Shown here: positions 24,530 to 37,127 of the stretch, piece after piece | Layout: each line of letters starts with the position of its first letter | Position numbering within the stretch: the stretch's first letter is position 1 | Assembly: GCF_018977255.1 (NCBI RefSeq) | Contig: NW_024704742.1 | Location: 87,918,001-87,982,000 of the forward strand | DNA: 64,000 bases | Reading direction: 5' to 3' | Origin: Callorhinchus milii | Taxonomy: Eukaryota | Notes under the pieces: model-generated | The model's database searches: none | What the model was told of the DNA's origin: nothing | Seen by the model: only the letters and a program-made list of their open reading frames with translations | Made by a program: the position numbers and the translations under genes

Positions 24530-24910
24530 TGGACTCGGAATCACAGTCTAGGATGACGATCCCAATGCAGTGCTGGGGGTGGGGGTTGTTGCATTGTCGG
24601 AGATGCCGTCTTTCGAATGAGACATTAAACAGAGGTCCTGTCGGTCTGTTCAGGTGGATGTTAAAGAACCCATAGCACAGTTCGAAAAGAGAAGGGAGCT
24701 TCTCCTGGTGTCTTGGCCAACAATCCCTCAAATAAAATTGGTCACTCACTCCATAACGGTTTGTGGTACATTGCTGTGCGCAACTGTCTTCCGGGTTTCA
24801 CCTACAAAATACACAGTCAATCCACTTTACAGTATATCCTGTGAAGCGCTTTGAGCCATCTCAATAATGTGATAAGGCACTATATCAAATGCAAGGATTA
24901 TTATTATTAT
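24530..24910 (+). mobile_element. Deu-domain SINE
   Basis: gcattgtcggagatgccgtctttcgaatgagacattaaac..ttcaggtggatgttaaaga core plus the shared tail. Confidence 0.82.
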
Positions 24911-26866
24911 CGAAAGATCTCAAAGCAACTCACAGGATTTACTGTGCAGTCTAGTGATTGCTTTCATTTGTAGGTGACATTTGCATGATTCTCTAAAGCA
25001 GGCAAAGTATGGAAAAGGCACAGGAAGAGTGGCAAAGGCACACTGGACTATTGGACAACCATTGGATATTTATCTTATGGTTCGAGAAGGCCTTTCTGTC
25101 AGATGAGCTTTGTGTTCACTGGCAGACATTTCACAAACGTGCTTTGGACTTTAGGATGTTTTTTCCAACAGCTTTATTTTTATTCTGAGTTATTTTCTCC
25201 TGGTATTTTAAGCTTTAGCAGGTGCCCAGTGACCTCCCCTAACCTGTCAATTGTCACTTTGGATCATTCATCAGGAAGTGCACAGGTCAGGCCAGGCTGA
25301 CTCATTCTTTTTTCCCTCCCAGTGGAAATGTTCTCGATCCTACTATCAGCTACTGCTCTGGTAAATGGAGACATGGACGTGCTGTGTGCTTGGGAAATGT
25401 TAGTGTCGTAGAAGTAAACTACTGAGACTTTACAATGGGCAGAGCTGTACGTTTCAGCCACAAACAGTTCAGTTCACTTTACAGTACATTCTGTGATGTG
25501 CTTTGAGATGTTTCAAAGACACGGTAAAGTGCTATATCAAATGCAAGGATTATTATTAATTCAATTTCATGGGTTCTAAATACAGACATGGGGCTTGAAC
25601 CTGCAATCATTCTGGCCAAAAGACAAAACTGTTATCAACTGGTACAGGGTAAAATGCAGATTATTAAGTGTACACTGTAGCTGCAAGGAACACCAATGAT
25701 AAGTGCTTTTTACGGGAGGGAAGAACAATGTGTTCATTCAAAGTATCAGGTGGAGTGAAATCTAGTGAGACTGTCTCCCCTGTGTTAGAGACAACGATAA
25801 ATGATAGACACTGTAAATTCATATAATAGTTTTGAAATAATTTTACCATTCATTTTTGTTAACAAAGAGCTTCAGTCATATCTGTTCATAACTGTCGCAG
25901 AATTAGTGATAAACTGATGAATTACACACCAGTCAATCTTCTTTCATTCAGATGCTAAATGGAGACAGAGACAATAACTGGTGGTGTTTTTTCTCACTTG
26001 GGACTGATATATTTTGTGGACAGACTCTTAAAACTGTGAGGAGCTCCAGGATGTTTCAACACAAGGAATAATGTGAAGTCAACGACTCTTTTGACAACCC
26101 CCTATATATGATAATAATCCTTGTAGTTGATACGCCGTTCACATTGGGAGGACGTCTCAAAGAGCTTCACAGGATGTACTCTAAAGTGGTGGGACTGTAT
26201 TTTTTAGGTAAACAAAGCAGCCAATTTTCACACAAACAGCTAAAAAGTGAATGGCCAAGGTGATGTCAAGGGGTTCCTGCCAAATCAGTGAATAATTTTG
26301 ATGTACTTGGACAAATGAAGATCAATACAGATAAATGCAAGGTACTGCATACAGGATACACAGTAGAATGACACTCATTCACATGTCTGATAACCCCAAA
26401 ATGAGGGAGTTCTTCTGGAGTCCTGGCCAACAATCTGCCAGATAAAATCGATCATTCACTTCATAGCTGTTTATGAGACATAATTGGCTGCCACGATCAC
26501 TTATAAATACACCGTCAAGAGCCCCAGCTCACGTGCCAAGCCTGGAGGGACTGTAAAGTGCCCTGGCAGCTCCTTGTAAAAAGAAAGCAACAACAACAAC
26601 AACAACAAGATTCCATTTATTGAGCGCCTTTCACATCGGGAGGACGTCCCAAGGCGCTGTACAGTTGGGTCAGGACCCGAGCAAGGGGGAAATGGTGAGG
26701 GGAGGGAAGGGAGGGAGCGAGGAGGGGGTAAAGCAGCTGTATAAATGTAAAATTGTATTATATAAATTTGATTCTATCCCTTAGAGAAGGGAGAAGTGAG
26801 CGGTTTTTATCAGGGGAGGCTGAGGAGAACAAATTGAGCACAGGAGATAAACAAGAAAAAACATTT

Positions 26867-26872
26867 TTTATT
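26867..26872 (-). terminator. Candidate distal polyadenylation signal (AATAAA) of RFX3
   Basis: Plus-strand tttatt. Downstream on the minus strand is tgttttttcttgtttatctcctgtg (U/GU-rich). It coincides with the boundary between unique AT-rich DNA and repeat-dense DNA. Confidence 0.5.
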
Positions 26873-28689
26873 GATTTTACGGACAAGCCACAGCTTATAG
26901 AAACACAACAAGAAAGCTAGCCTGAGTTCAAGTCTGAAATATTAAGAAAAAACTTTCTACACAAGTGTCTTCAGTATATACTAGTTGCTTGTCTACATGT
27001 AAGAACACGCTATAAGATTTCATTTTCTTATTGTTTACAAAAAGGTCCTGTCATTGTACAGTACACAGTACAAATCTTTCACACACGTACGATCGGTCTG
27101 CCTCAACCAATTTATAAAGGTCATGATATATCGAAAGATTTCATAAAACATTTCTCACAAAATCACAGCATGAAATACGTATTTACATAATTGAACACGT
27201 TATTCAAAATCACATCCTCTTCAAAGGTGTTTAAATAATTAAAACTATATGCAGCTGTCATTCAAAAAAAATCAGAAAAAGAACATTACACAATCTCACA
27301 ATACATTCTCTACAAAAAAAGGAAAACAATCTCATCTTTTACATAATTTATTCACACAGTTCAGAAGTAGTTAGAGCAATTTAAAAAAATCCCCCCACAA
27401 TTTGGGCCTTTTTTTGTGCTTGTGCATCTAAATACTCAAAGCTGCCACTTAGGAAGTGAATTCTAAAATGGCACTGAAAACAAAAATGTGTCTGAGAAGG
27501 AAATATGCTCATCCGAGTTGCCCTGCTCAGTGTTATAAAGAAATGTACATGCAGTTGCTGGAGTCTTTTAATCATCTCTTGTTACTGTCATAAGGCAGTC
27601 TGGGGGCAGCCATTCTGTACTGAACATCTCCCTGATGTAAAATCATGACTGGGGAGCACTGCATCTCCACTGACCTAGATCATGATGTTACGTAAGGGAG
27701 AGAACATCTTCCAGACTGCCTGTTCCAAAGTATAAAGCACTGTGACAAGGGGCGACTGAAACACACCAGTAATGGTACAAGACATCTAACTCCCTTTACA
27801 AGTTTTGGGGTCCTGGGTCAATAATTCCCAACGTGCTTCTCTTTTAAATGATTAAAACTCATTTTACGAACAAAAGTGGATGATGTGGAGCTCAAGGAAG
27901 CACTGAGCCAGTGCTGTTTTGCAGTCTGCGGTGGACACATACAGTTTAGGCACAACATTACCAAGCGTTTTTAAAAGGCACTCACATTTCTCCTCAAGGT
28001 TGATTTATTCACGTAGCTTTGATATATTTGGTACATTGGTCCTTTCTTTTCTTAATCCTTTGCAGTCTTGAAATCAGTCGAGATTGCCTGAAATTTTAAG
28101 TACCTGATCATATTGGGTGTCAGGGCAAAACTGACAGGGCACAGGGTTTTGGGGGCAGGAAAAAGGTTGAACAATTTGTCATTGGATCAAATGAGCTAGA
28201 CTGAACTATCACAGCATCAAGCTGAATTTTAAACGAGGCCAGTGTTCCCCCGAAGCTATGCTCAAGCTGTAGTGATCTTGTTGGTTGGTACCTACCGTAC
28301 CTAGTATTGTTTTAGCTGCTTTAACATGAGGGGGCTGCCAGGCTCTAGAGACAGTCAAGAGGAGACAAACGAGGCTGATCCTCAGTGCTAAATGCGATGA
28401 GCTGTGAGATAACGATGGGATAAGCTAATGCTCTTCAGCTTTGAAAAGAGAAGCAATGGAGTGGAACTTGTAGAGATATATAAGATGTGGGTTTGAGAAA
28501 ATAAACCAAGAACAATTCTTTCATATACATCAAGGCAGCAGGGCAAGAGGAAGTGGGTTCAGGGCTATGAAGGTACATTTTAGGGCAGACACCAGGAAGT
28601 TTTTCTTCACAGAAGAAACAGCTTTCATTTTTATAGCGCCTTGTATGACCTTGTATACCGCAAAGTTCCTTTACTCTAATAAACAAAAC

Positions 28690-28820
28690 ACAAAATACTG
28701 CAGATGCTGGAAATCTGAAACAAAAACAGAAGTCGCTGGGAACACTCAGTAGGTCTGGCAGCATCTATAAAGAAAGGAAAGTGAGTCAACATTTCGGGTC
28801 CACGACCCTTCGTCAGAACA
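28690..28820 (-). mobile_element. Penelope-like-element terminal-repeat relic containing a degenerate minimal hammerhead ribozyme
   Basis: Minus strand reads CTGACGA-A-GGGTC-gtg-GACCC-GAAA-TGTT followed by ...agatgctgccagacctactgagtgttcccagc. Family assignment is recalled, not searched. Confidence 0.6.
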
Positions 28821-28824
28821 AAGG

Positions 28825-30580
28825 GTAATTGGCTCAATGATTGATGCGGGAGAGGACATGAGCTGTAGAGTTCTGAATAATTTGCAGCCTGTGGAGGACA
28901 GAGCTGGGAAGTCTGGCGAGCAGAATTAGCATAGTCAAGCCTGGACATCATGAAAGTATGGCTGAGGGTCTCGGGGACCTGAGGGGAGATGTAGTGGCAG
29001 ATAGGGAAGGCAGAATGGGTCATGGCTCGGAGATGGGCTTTAAAAGACAGTTGAGGGTTCAACAAAACACAAAGGCTATGTACTGGTTTGGTGAGGTGGA
29101 GAATGGATCCATGAATAGTGATTCTGTCAGTACCTGAGGTAAGGAGACGCTGATGGGAGCTAAGCAGGAGAGCCTCTTGTCTTGTCAACATTCAACTAGA
29201 GAAATTTGGCTCTATTCCAGGACTTGACATCTGACAAAGACAACACGTCACAACAGCAGCGCTCTGGAGTCTAGGGTGGAGGCAGAAATAGAGGTGGGTG
29301 TCATCTGCATACATGTTGAAGTTAGCCTCATGCCTGCAGATGACATCACCGAGTGACAGCATGCAAATATTAAAGAGGAAAGGACTAAGGACAGAGCCCC
29401 AAGGAACACCACACATGATATAGTACAAGATACAATACAAAATTACATTTGTAAAGTGTCTTTCATGTTGGGAGGATGTTCCAAGGCATTGAACAGTCAG
29501 GAATTAGGACACGACTGGGGGCTTGGGTTCAGGGCGGGTGGCCGAAGGCATGGTTGAAAAGGAGGGTCTTGAGGTGTGCCATGAAGGAGGAAAGGGAGAG
29601 AGTGAGGTGAAGGGAATGTGAGATGGAGTTCCAGAGGGTGGGGCAGAGATGATGGTGTGAGGGCTGGAGGAGATGATGGTGTGAGGGCTGGAGGATATAA
29701 AGTGGAGACAGTTGGAAAGGTAAGAATGAAACCGGACAAAGACAGAACCATGAAGTTGGAGCTCTGTATAGAATGGTTCAATAGTGTCGAAGGCGGCAGA
29801 GAGAGTGAGAAGGACAAGGAGACAGAGAGCGCCCTGGTCCAGATGGACAGAATGTCATTTGTAACTTTGACTAAGGCTGCCTCTGCACTGTGAGCAGCAC
29901 GGAAACCCAACTGGAGGGGTTCATACTTGGAGTGGCGGGAGAGGAAAGAGCGAAGCTGAGAAGCAAAGACTCATTCCAGGAACTTGGAAAGTAAAGGAAG
30001 GTGAGAAATGGGATGGTAGTTAAGAGAACAGACATGGATCAAGGGAAAACATTTTTAGGATGGGGATGATGCGGTCAAAGGAGAAGGCGGTGGGTTTCAT
30101 TTGGGAAATAATGGAGGTGAGAGATGAGGTCAAAAGTATGGAGGGAGTGATAAGTGGAGGCCGGAAGGGAAGGTGGGCTCAGTAGAAAGGGTAGAAGCAG
30201 CAGAGGTCATCCCCTAAATTTGGGACTCCAGGAAGCATTGTTGCCTCAAATTTGGAGTTGAAGGAGAAGATAGGTGAGGAATGGAAAGGTGGGCGAAGGA
30301 GCCGGTTTGTGGTGAAGAGGAGCCTTAGCCTTCAAGATGATCTTTGAATAGAAAGTGAGGGCGGAATGGTAAGTTTTGATGGGGTCCAGCCAAATCTGGC
30401 AATGGATTTCTGCCAGATGAGTGCAGGGTCACGTACCTGTGACTTGAGAGAGTAGAGATGGCTGGTGTACCAGAGGGACTTGGACTAGTAGGAGGCACTG
30501 TGGGAGATGACAAGGATAATAAAGGGGGAGTTATGGAGGAGATTGACCGAGGAGGTAAGGATGGGTATTACAGGAGGATA
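28825..30580 (-). mobile_element. Degraded L2 ORF2 (reverse transcriptase) fragment with a nested L2 3' tail (~29430-29650)
   Basis: [40 protein letters not shown] and MSRLDYANS motifs, broken by frameshifts. Confidence 0.88.
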
Positions 30581-30882
30581 GGTATTATGGCTTTGAATTA
30601 ACGAAAAATAAAATAAACCGACTTTCAAATATTTCTGCAAAGGCTTCTAGGAATCTTTTTTCTGCAACTCATCCTCAAACAGATAACCGGAGTATGTGAA
30701 ACGATGCAAAAAAAATACACACCGACAGTCTGTAGATTGATCCCTGCATAATGACTAGAGACAAACCTAATGAAAAGGTGCCACATAAGTGTTTAAACAG
30801 CTTTTGCATCCACACGAGAATAATTGCTGGTTGTGGGTTCAGACGAAGATTCATCTTGTGCCATGAATCTCACAGGAATTCA

Positions 30883-30896
30883 GTCGCCATGGTAAC
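30883..30896. promoter_or_regulatory. X-box (RFX-binding) motif GTCGCCATGGTAAC
   Basis: Matches the consensus GTNRCC-AT-RGYAAC exactly. Function untested. Confidence 0.35.
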
Positions 30897-33800
30897 ACAT
30901 TCAACACCCCAACTAAGTGATGCAATTACAGCAGCAAACCTCATATCTAGTTTTCAAAAAACTACTTTACCAGCACTATTGAACAAGTCTATTGATTCAA
31001 CAGAAGATAATTAGCAGACTTGACAATCGTATTTTGTAAACAGCAAATTGATGTTTTTTTAAATCCAAAGACCTGTATCGGTTAAAAAAAAAGGTTTCAA
31101 TAGATTTCATCTCGCCTCGGATAACATTTTAGTTTAATGAAAGTTCCCTAAAAGCAATTTGGGACAATTTCTTACCTTAAGAAGATGGAACGCTAAAGTA
31201 AAATGGATGGTAATAGTTACTGTACTGTGCCATCAAGTGGGGGGTCCCACAGCCATTCCACCACTCCTTCTGTCACCGATGTTCCTCACAAGAAATCACA
31301 AGATCTGGTAGGCTGTTTGGAGGGAATGGCAGATGCTTCCCAGGGGAATGAATGGCAAATTGAGGGAAGAGCTAATCCAATGCATTCTTGCATATTTCCG
31401 AATGATGGGATTGGAGTGTATATCAAGAGAGTTCTGGGACCAGGCTACCTGCCTAACCTCGTGGACATGAGGTAAACGAGAATTGGGGGGAGGGGGGGGG
31501 TTGAAGAGCGAAAATGTTACAGGAGATGAGAGAACCGGAAATAAATGAAAACAGCTTATTTTTATATTTCTCAGTAGATTCATTTCAGTTTATTCCCAAA
31601 TGACCTAAACGTTCACCAAGGACGAGCTGAACCAAAATCTTTGGGAACTTCTAGTATTTGCTGAACTTCAAAAGATGTGATAACTATTAACATCACAAGG
31701 TTGTGACTGTGTCAAAGTTATCACCGTTCAGTGCTCCTGTAGTCCACATCACTCCACGCTGCTTGGCAAGAAAGTTGAAGCACGTTAATTTTAAGCACAT
31801 TAAGAACTCCTGCAGTAAGGCTTTAAATGAATGTGGTTGCACTCGGTTCTATATATCATTGAAAAAAAGGCTGATATTATTATTCACTTGGTAAGTGGCT
31901 CTTTGAAATGTGATGGTATAAGCAGGAAAAAGTGCGAGAAAATTAAAATGGGGTTTTCCTAACTGGCACCAAAAACAAAACCCACTAACTAGCAGCATAT
32001 AAAAAAGGCATGCAAACTGAGAAGCACTTCTACTGCCAAAAACATAAGTCTTCACGTTTGAGAACAATTCAGTGGACCTTTATCCCTTCAGTACTGAAAG
32101 GCAACACAAAGGTCATGCTTCAATTCCAGTTTTTATACCAGGTAAAATGTCCATCCCCAGCAATGTTCAATGAGTCTATTGATCAAACAGAGCAGAGTGT
32201 GTGTTCTGTTCTACAGAACTACATTTTACTGTCAACACAGGATCTATAGGTGAAGCCCCACCCCAAGCCCCCTACTGACTCTCTAAATTGCACATTACAA
32301 TCCAAATATATCTTCAGCACAACAAACTAAACACTGGGGAAAGAAAGGACAAAGGTAACAAAACATGAAAAAGGCATTTTTCAACCTTTACAGACACACA
32401 CTTAGATACAGCATATAAACACATTTTGGTCCAGAACAGTATGAGCATGTTAGTGTAAAACATAAAACGGTAACGCGCGTTTTTTTTGAAGAATGAAGGG
32501 GACAGAATTTCTATGTAAAGTGTACCCCAAATTGGCTAAATATCATTAAGACTTGAAATCTGTTCAGAAAACAAACCTTTGGAGTTTGGTTTTAAAGCAC
32601 AAAAAACAGAATTAAGGAGACCCCCTCCCTCCCCCTCCCCTCCCCAAGGGGTAGCTGAAACTGTCTGGCAACCAACTTAACTCTTGGTGCTGATCAGCAC
32701 TAAAATAAATGATATTGAATAGAATGAGTATGTTTGTTCGAAGCTGCTTTTAACATTGGGAAAATCGGGGTCTATCATATATCCATCGCTGTATGATAGG
32801 CCACTTTGTTTGAAGCAAGCTAATATTAATAACTTTATAATATATTCTGTGAAGCGCTTTGAGACATCTCAACGATATGATAAGGAGCTATATCAAAGGC
32901 AAGGATTATTATTATTAATATTTATTTTTCATTATATTTTGGTTTAGAAACAAATGCTTTGAATACTTGAGGTTCCCAATAGCTTTGCCTTGGATGAACA
33001 CAAAGAATTATTATATCTACCTATTTTAGCATCCACATTTTACTTATTTAAAAAAAACAAAGAACCCCTTAAGATGTAATTTTTAAAGTTGTTCTTCATG
33101 CCTCAACAATTTAGGAAGTAATTATGAATGAATCAGCTTTAATTAAAGGTACTGTCTATTGGAGCAGCGCTGAATCTGGACCTTGTTTGAAAATAGATGG
33201 AAAGAATGACATGTAAAGATTCTGCTATTTTTAATCTCAGTTTTTAAAAAAATAATAGGTGGGCGTGTTTCTGAACACCGCAAAATGTTTATTCACTAAC
33301 TGCCTTTATTCCTTCTCTCTCAAAGAAAACAAATCACACGACATTCATGTGCAAATGGAGGGGAAAATTGCTAGTTAATTTACGAATGTTGTACAGTGCC
33401 ATGCAATGGAGGATTAGCTATAATGTGTTTGATTGCACCAGTGCACACCCAGCTCTCCAGGGCCCAAATCCCAGAAACAAAAAGGAACATCAAAGACACT
33501 CCCAGTATATTTCAGGCAGTTGCATGGATGAAAAATCTGCACTACCTTCGTCAATGGGGATTTGGTGGACATCTTTACCAAGTGTTACTTGATGCATTGG
33601 CGGTTTTGCAACACATCTAAGAGCGAAGCAAACATTAAACACTAATTGGTGACTTCTGCACTTGTGTATTAGCTCTGCTGCTATTTCCTTATCAATTCCA
33701 AAGTGTCAAAATTCCCAATCATTGCAGATCTTCAAATTACTTAATTAAACAAATATACTCATTCTTAATGGGAGCAAAGACATAGGTTTTAACTAAGAAT

Positions 33801-36023
33801 CATCTCTTCAGCTTCTCTTCCACAGCTCCCCTTGGGCAATAGAAAAACAGCAGGCACACCTTGCTGAACTACAAAAATTAACTCTCTCCACAACTGTTTA
33901 AGGCACTGTGTAATAGCCGAGGTACAGTAATCCCTGACGTACATTCCTGAAGTGGCATTTAACTGCCTACCAAATCTGTTCCTACAGAATTGATGAGTAT
34001 GTGTGAGGTGTGCCAGCTACAGTACTTTTGGTCTAGTCATTCTGGACAGCCACACGGAACATACAGAAAACTCAATGTAAAGCTGCCAAGACTATGCTGA
34101 GTGCTACATTCCTTGCGTTCCACAGTTAGACATAGGGGTCGACCAATACTTTGACTGGAATCAGCTCTGACGTTATGGTGCTGACCCACAGTCACGTCAG
34201 CTTAAAGAAAAAAAATAATAAAATCAAGATATTTACAATTTTAACTAAATCGAGGGATCTCTCAACTTTGTTTATGATCAAGCCTACATATCCAATTTCC
34301 CAGCACTGAAGTCCAAATGACTTGAAATCTCAGCTCTTTAACAAAGTAATTTTATGGGGATGGGGAAAGCACTGGCATTAAATATTAGCCCAAAACAAAA
34401 TATTGGTTGTATTGGCAACAGTTGGTATTGGTCAACCCCGAGTGAAGTCTTTTCATAGCAGCTAAAGACACTACAGCAAAACAGACAAAATGATTCATAA
34501 TGAATTGACTTCTGTCTGTTCTAACATTATTAACAGGTACATAGGACTATAATGAAACAGCATACTTTTTGTTGGTCTACTGAGACTCAATTTAAGAAAG
34601 TATCACAAGTAAAACAAATGCAACATTTTCTTTTCCACATATTGCAGCCTTGATGAAGATTGTTTTTAATTAAACTAAACTAGTTGCTAAATATGGCTGC
34701 AAATCTATGCAAATCAGTAGCATTATAAATGTTCCATAGGGAAATTCCATCAAACTTTCTACAAAGGCATGAGATTGTTGAAATGTACTGTATGCATTTG
34801 ATAGCTTTTAAATACAGTAGTTTAGGAGGCTGGTAACAATGAACACTGCCTCGAATCCTGGGCTTTCAATTTCAGTCAATATATATTTCAAAATCGCACC
34901 ATTCAACAGCAGAAGTGTCAAGCCCATGAAGCTGGAGAATAGACTCGTCCATTTCTAGGTACAATAGTCAAATGTTTGTGGTCAGAACATTGTTGTTGTA
35001 CTGAAGTAAATTGTTTCAGGACTAGAATCAATCAGAACATCCTGCTCATTTGTTCAGATCAGTGGCTAATGGATGGCAGGAGGGATGATGATAAGAGTGT
35101 GTATGTGTGTGTGTAGAGTAGGGGTGATTGTACTCAAAATAATTTGTTGTTTGTGGAAAGCATTGTGTAACATGAAAATCTAAAGCCTTCTTGGAGGAAT
35201 GTGTATGTGTGTGTGTGGTTGGGGTGGGGGGGGGCAGAAACAATCTAAGTTATGGAGGATTTTGCAATTCTTTCAGTTGCTGTAGTCACAAATAGTTTTG
35301 TACTAATCCTTGAGGTAACAGGAAGATTACACAGAATCTGAGGCATATGTGGTGGTGAGGCACAAGAATACATTATTTAACAAATATACACTTTGGTCAG
35401 GAATATTGTTGTTGATAACCATGCCACACCTTCAACCCCCAAATATAACCCATATTAAAGAATTCATCAAGACTAGGTTTTACTCAAGTGATCTAAAATT
35501 CACCTGATCCTTGCAAAACACAATCACCTGTACCTATTTTGAAGAGTGATATGGACAATGTAATCCTACTGGAACCTTTTAAGTGCAATGAACAGAGCAA
35601 TTAGAACATCACTTCTGCAATCCATCAAAGAAGATCAAAACAAAAATAGGATGAGCAGTGACATTCCAGGATCTTGTTGAATTCTAGACCTACAGATAAT
35701 TCTGCTGCTGAGTGAGTGTATTCTGAAGTATATATAATATATTATTCTCAGTCAAAAATAGAACAAAACAACTTCAGCTGTTAGAAGTTCATCCAAATTA
35801 ATCTGCCATGACCACAGAGAACCCGCCTTCAGTCAGTCAACACCGTGAACACAGGACTAAAAGATCTGAAAACTATATACACTCATTCAATTAATGTACC
35901 AGAGTAACTTCCAGCATAGCAGTACGTGTCGTGTCATTAGCTGAAGCCAGTACAGTGTCAGACTTCAAACTTGATGCAAAAAAAGCAAGAAAAAAAATAA
36001 TCAAACAATGCTCATGACATTGT

Positions 36024-36262
36024 TTAGACTGCAGTGTATGTGCTTCCGGCAGAGGTGCAGTGCCTAGCACTAGACACACTGGTAATGATTTGATCAGCAT
36101 GAAGTGGGATCAGAAGGTCCTGCTGCATGCTGTTGTCGAGGGGTGATTGAGCGCAGGCACCTTGGAGTGTCTGGTTCATGTCCATTTTTTCTCTTTTGGA
36201 CGGTGGTTCTCCAGAATCATCTAATTCCTCATCCATCTCGCTGTCAACTTCACTCCCTTCAT
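36024..36262 (-). CDS. RFX3: RFX3 last coding exon (acidic C-terminus and stop codon)
   Basis: Acceptor tttcctcgaag|. (D)EGSEVDSEMDEELDDSGEPPSKREK...CTSAGSTYTAV* matches the RFX3 C-terminus (..TYTAV). 239 bp. Confidence 0.95.
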
Positions 36263-37127
36263 CTTCGAGGAAAGTAAAAAGACAAGATACTTAGTACATG
36301 TACAGGAACGTGGAGATAGACGATGGTTGGCAGCACATTACACATAGGACTGACATGCTGTCTGGAGTTTGGTGACAAGGCACCAGCACATTGACACATC
36401 AAGGGGTTCAGATAACACTGGAAAGCATCACAGTCAGAACTAAATGGTACATCAAAACCATCAGAAATTCAAGACACATGATAACCTTGGGATGCACTTC
36501 CACCTATGTTGTTCTTTCCCTTTCTCTGTTCTGTGTTTGTCTACAGTTCCCCATCTCACCTTCTACATTTTTATTGTAAATGGAAGTTTGTCTATCTGCA
36601 GCAGATGATAGTTGGATAACACTGTTAGCAGGTGAGGCTATTCCAAACTCCAATAACACAATTGAAGGTGCACACACACGGCTTTACCTTGCAAATAATA
36701 ATTGCAGATGGTGCAAAGCGAACACTTTAAACATTACACAGACATTGATTTGGAACAGTGCCTGCGGCATCATTCAGCTGTTAGATTACAAAATGTACGA
36801 GATGTGAAAGAATTAACAAGCTCTGAGGTGCTTCACTGGACAGTCCTCATAATTTTAGCATAAGCTGACAGTTTTATCAGCTCTTCACTAACATTATACT
36901 GGTGGTGGCATTTTAACTCTCGGCTGCCATCTCGCACTGCTCTGCTACAGACATTGATTTGGAACAGTGCCTGCGGCACCATTCAGCTGTTACATTGCAA
37001 GATGCCAACAGTTTTAAAAAAGGGATCTAAACAGACGTGAATTGATGTCTATGAATTATAGTTTAAATTATTCCTAATAGAGAAATATTGCCATACTCAT
37101 TGTTTGGTACCGAGATAAGTAACATTG

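Larger units (their letters stand above)
26850..36023 (-). other. RFX3: Putative long 3'UTR of RFX3
   Basis: AT-rich and largely repeat-poor downstream of the stop codon (except ~28550-30600), ending at a minus-strand AATAAA (26867-26872) followed by a U/GU-rich tract. Extent is inferred; no transcript data. Confidence 0.55.

Noticed and set aside
35891..36100. Alternative-frame ORF overlapping the RFX3 stop codon
   Set aside because: Short, without homology, and explained by the overlap with the real exon.
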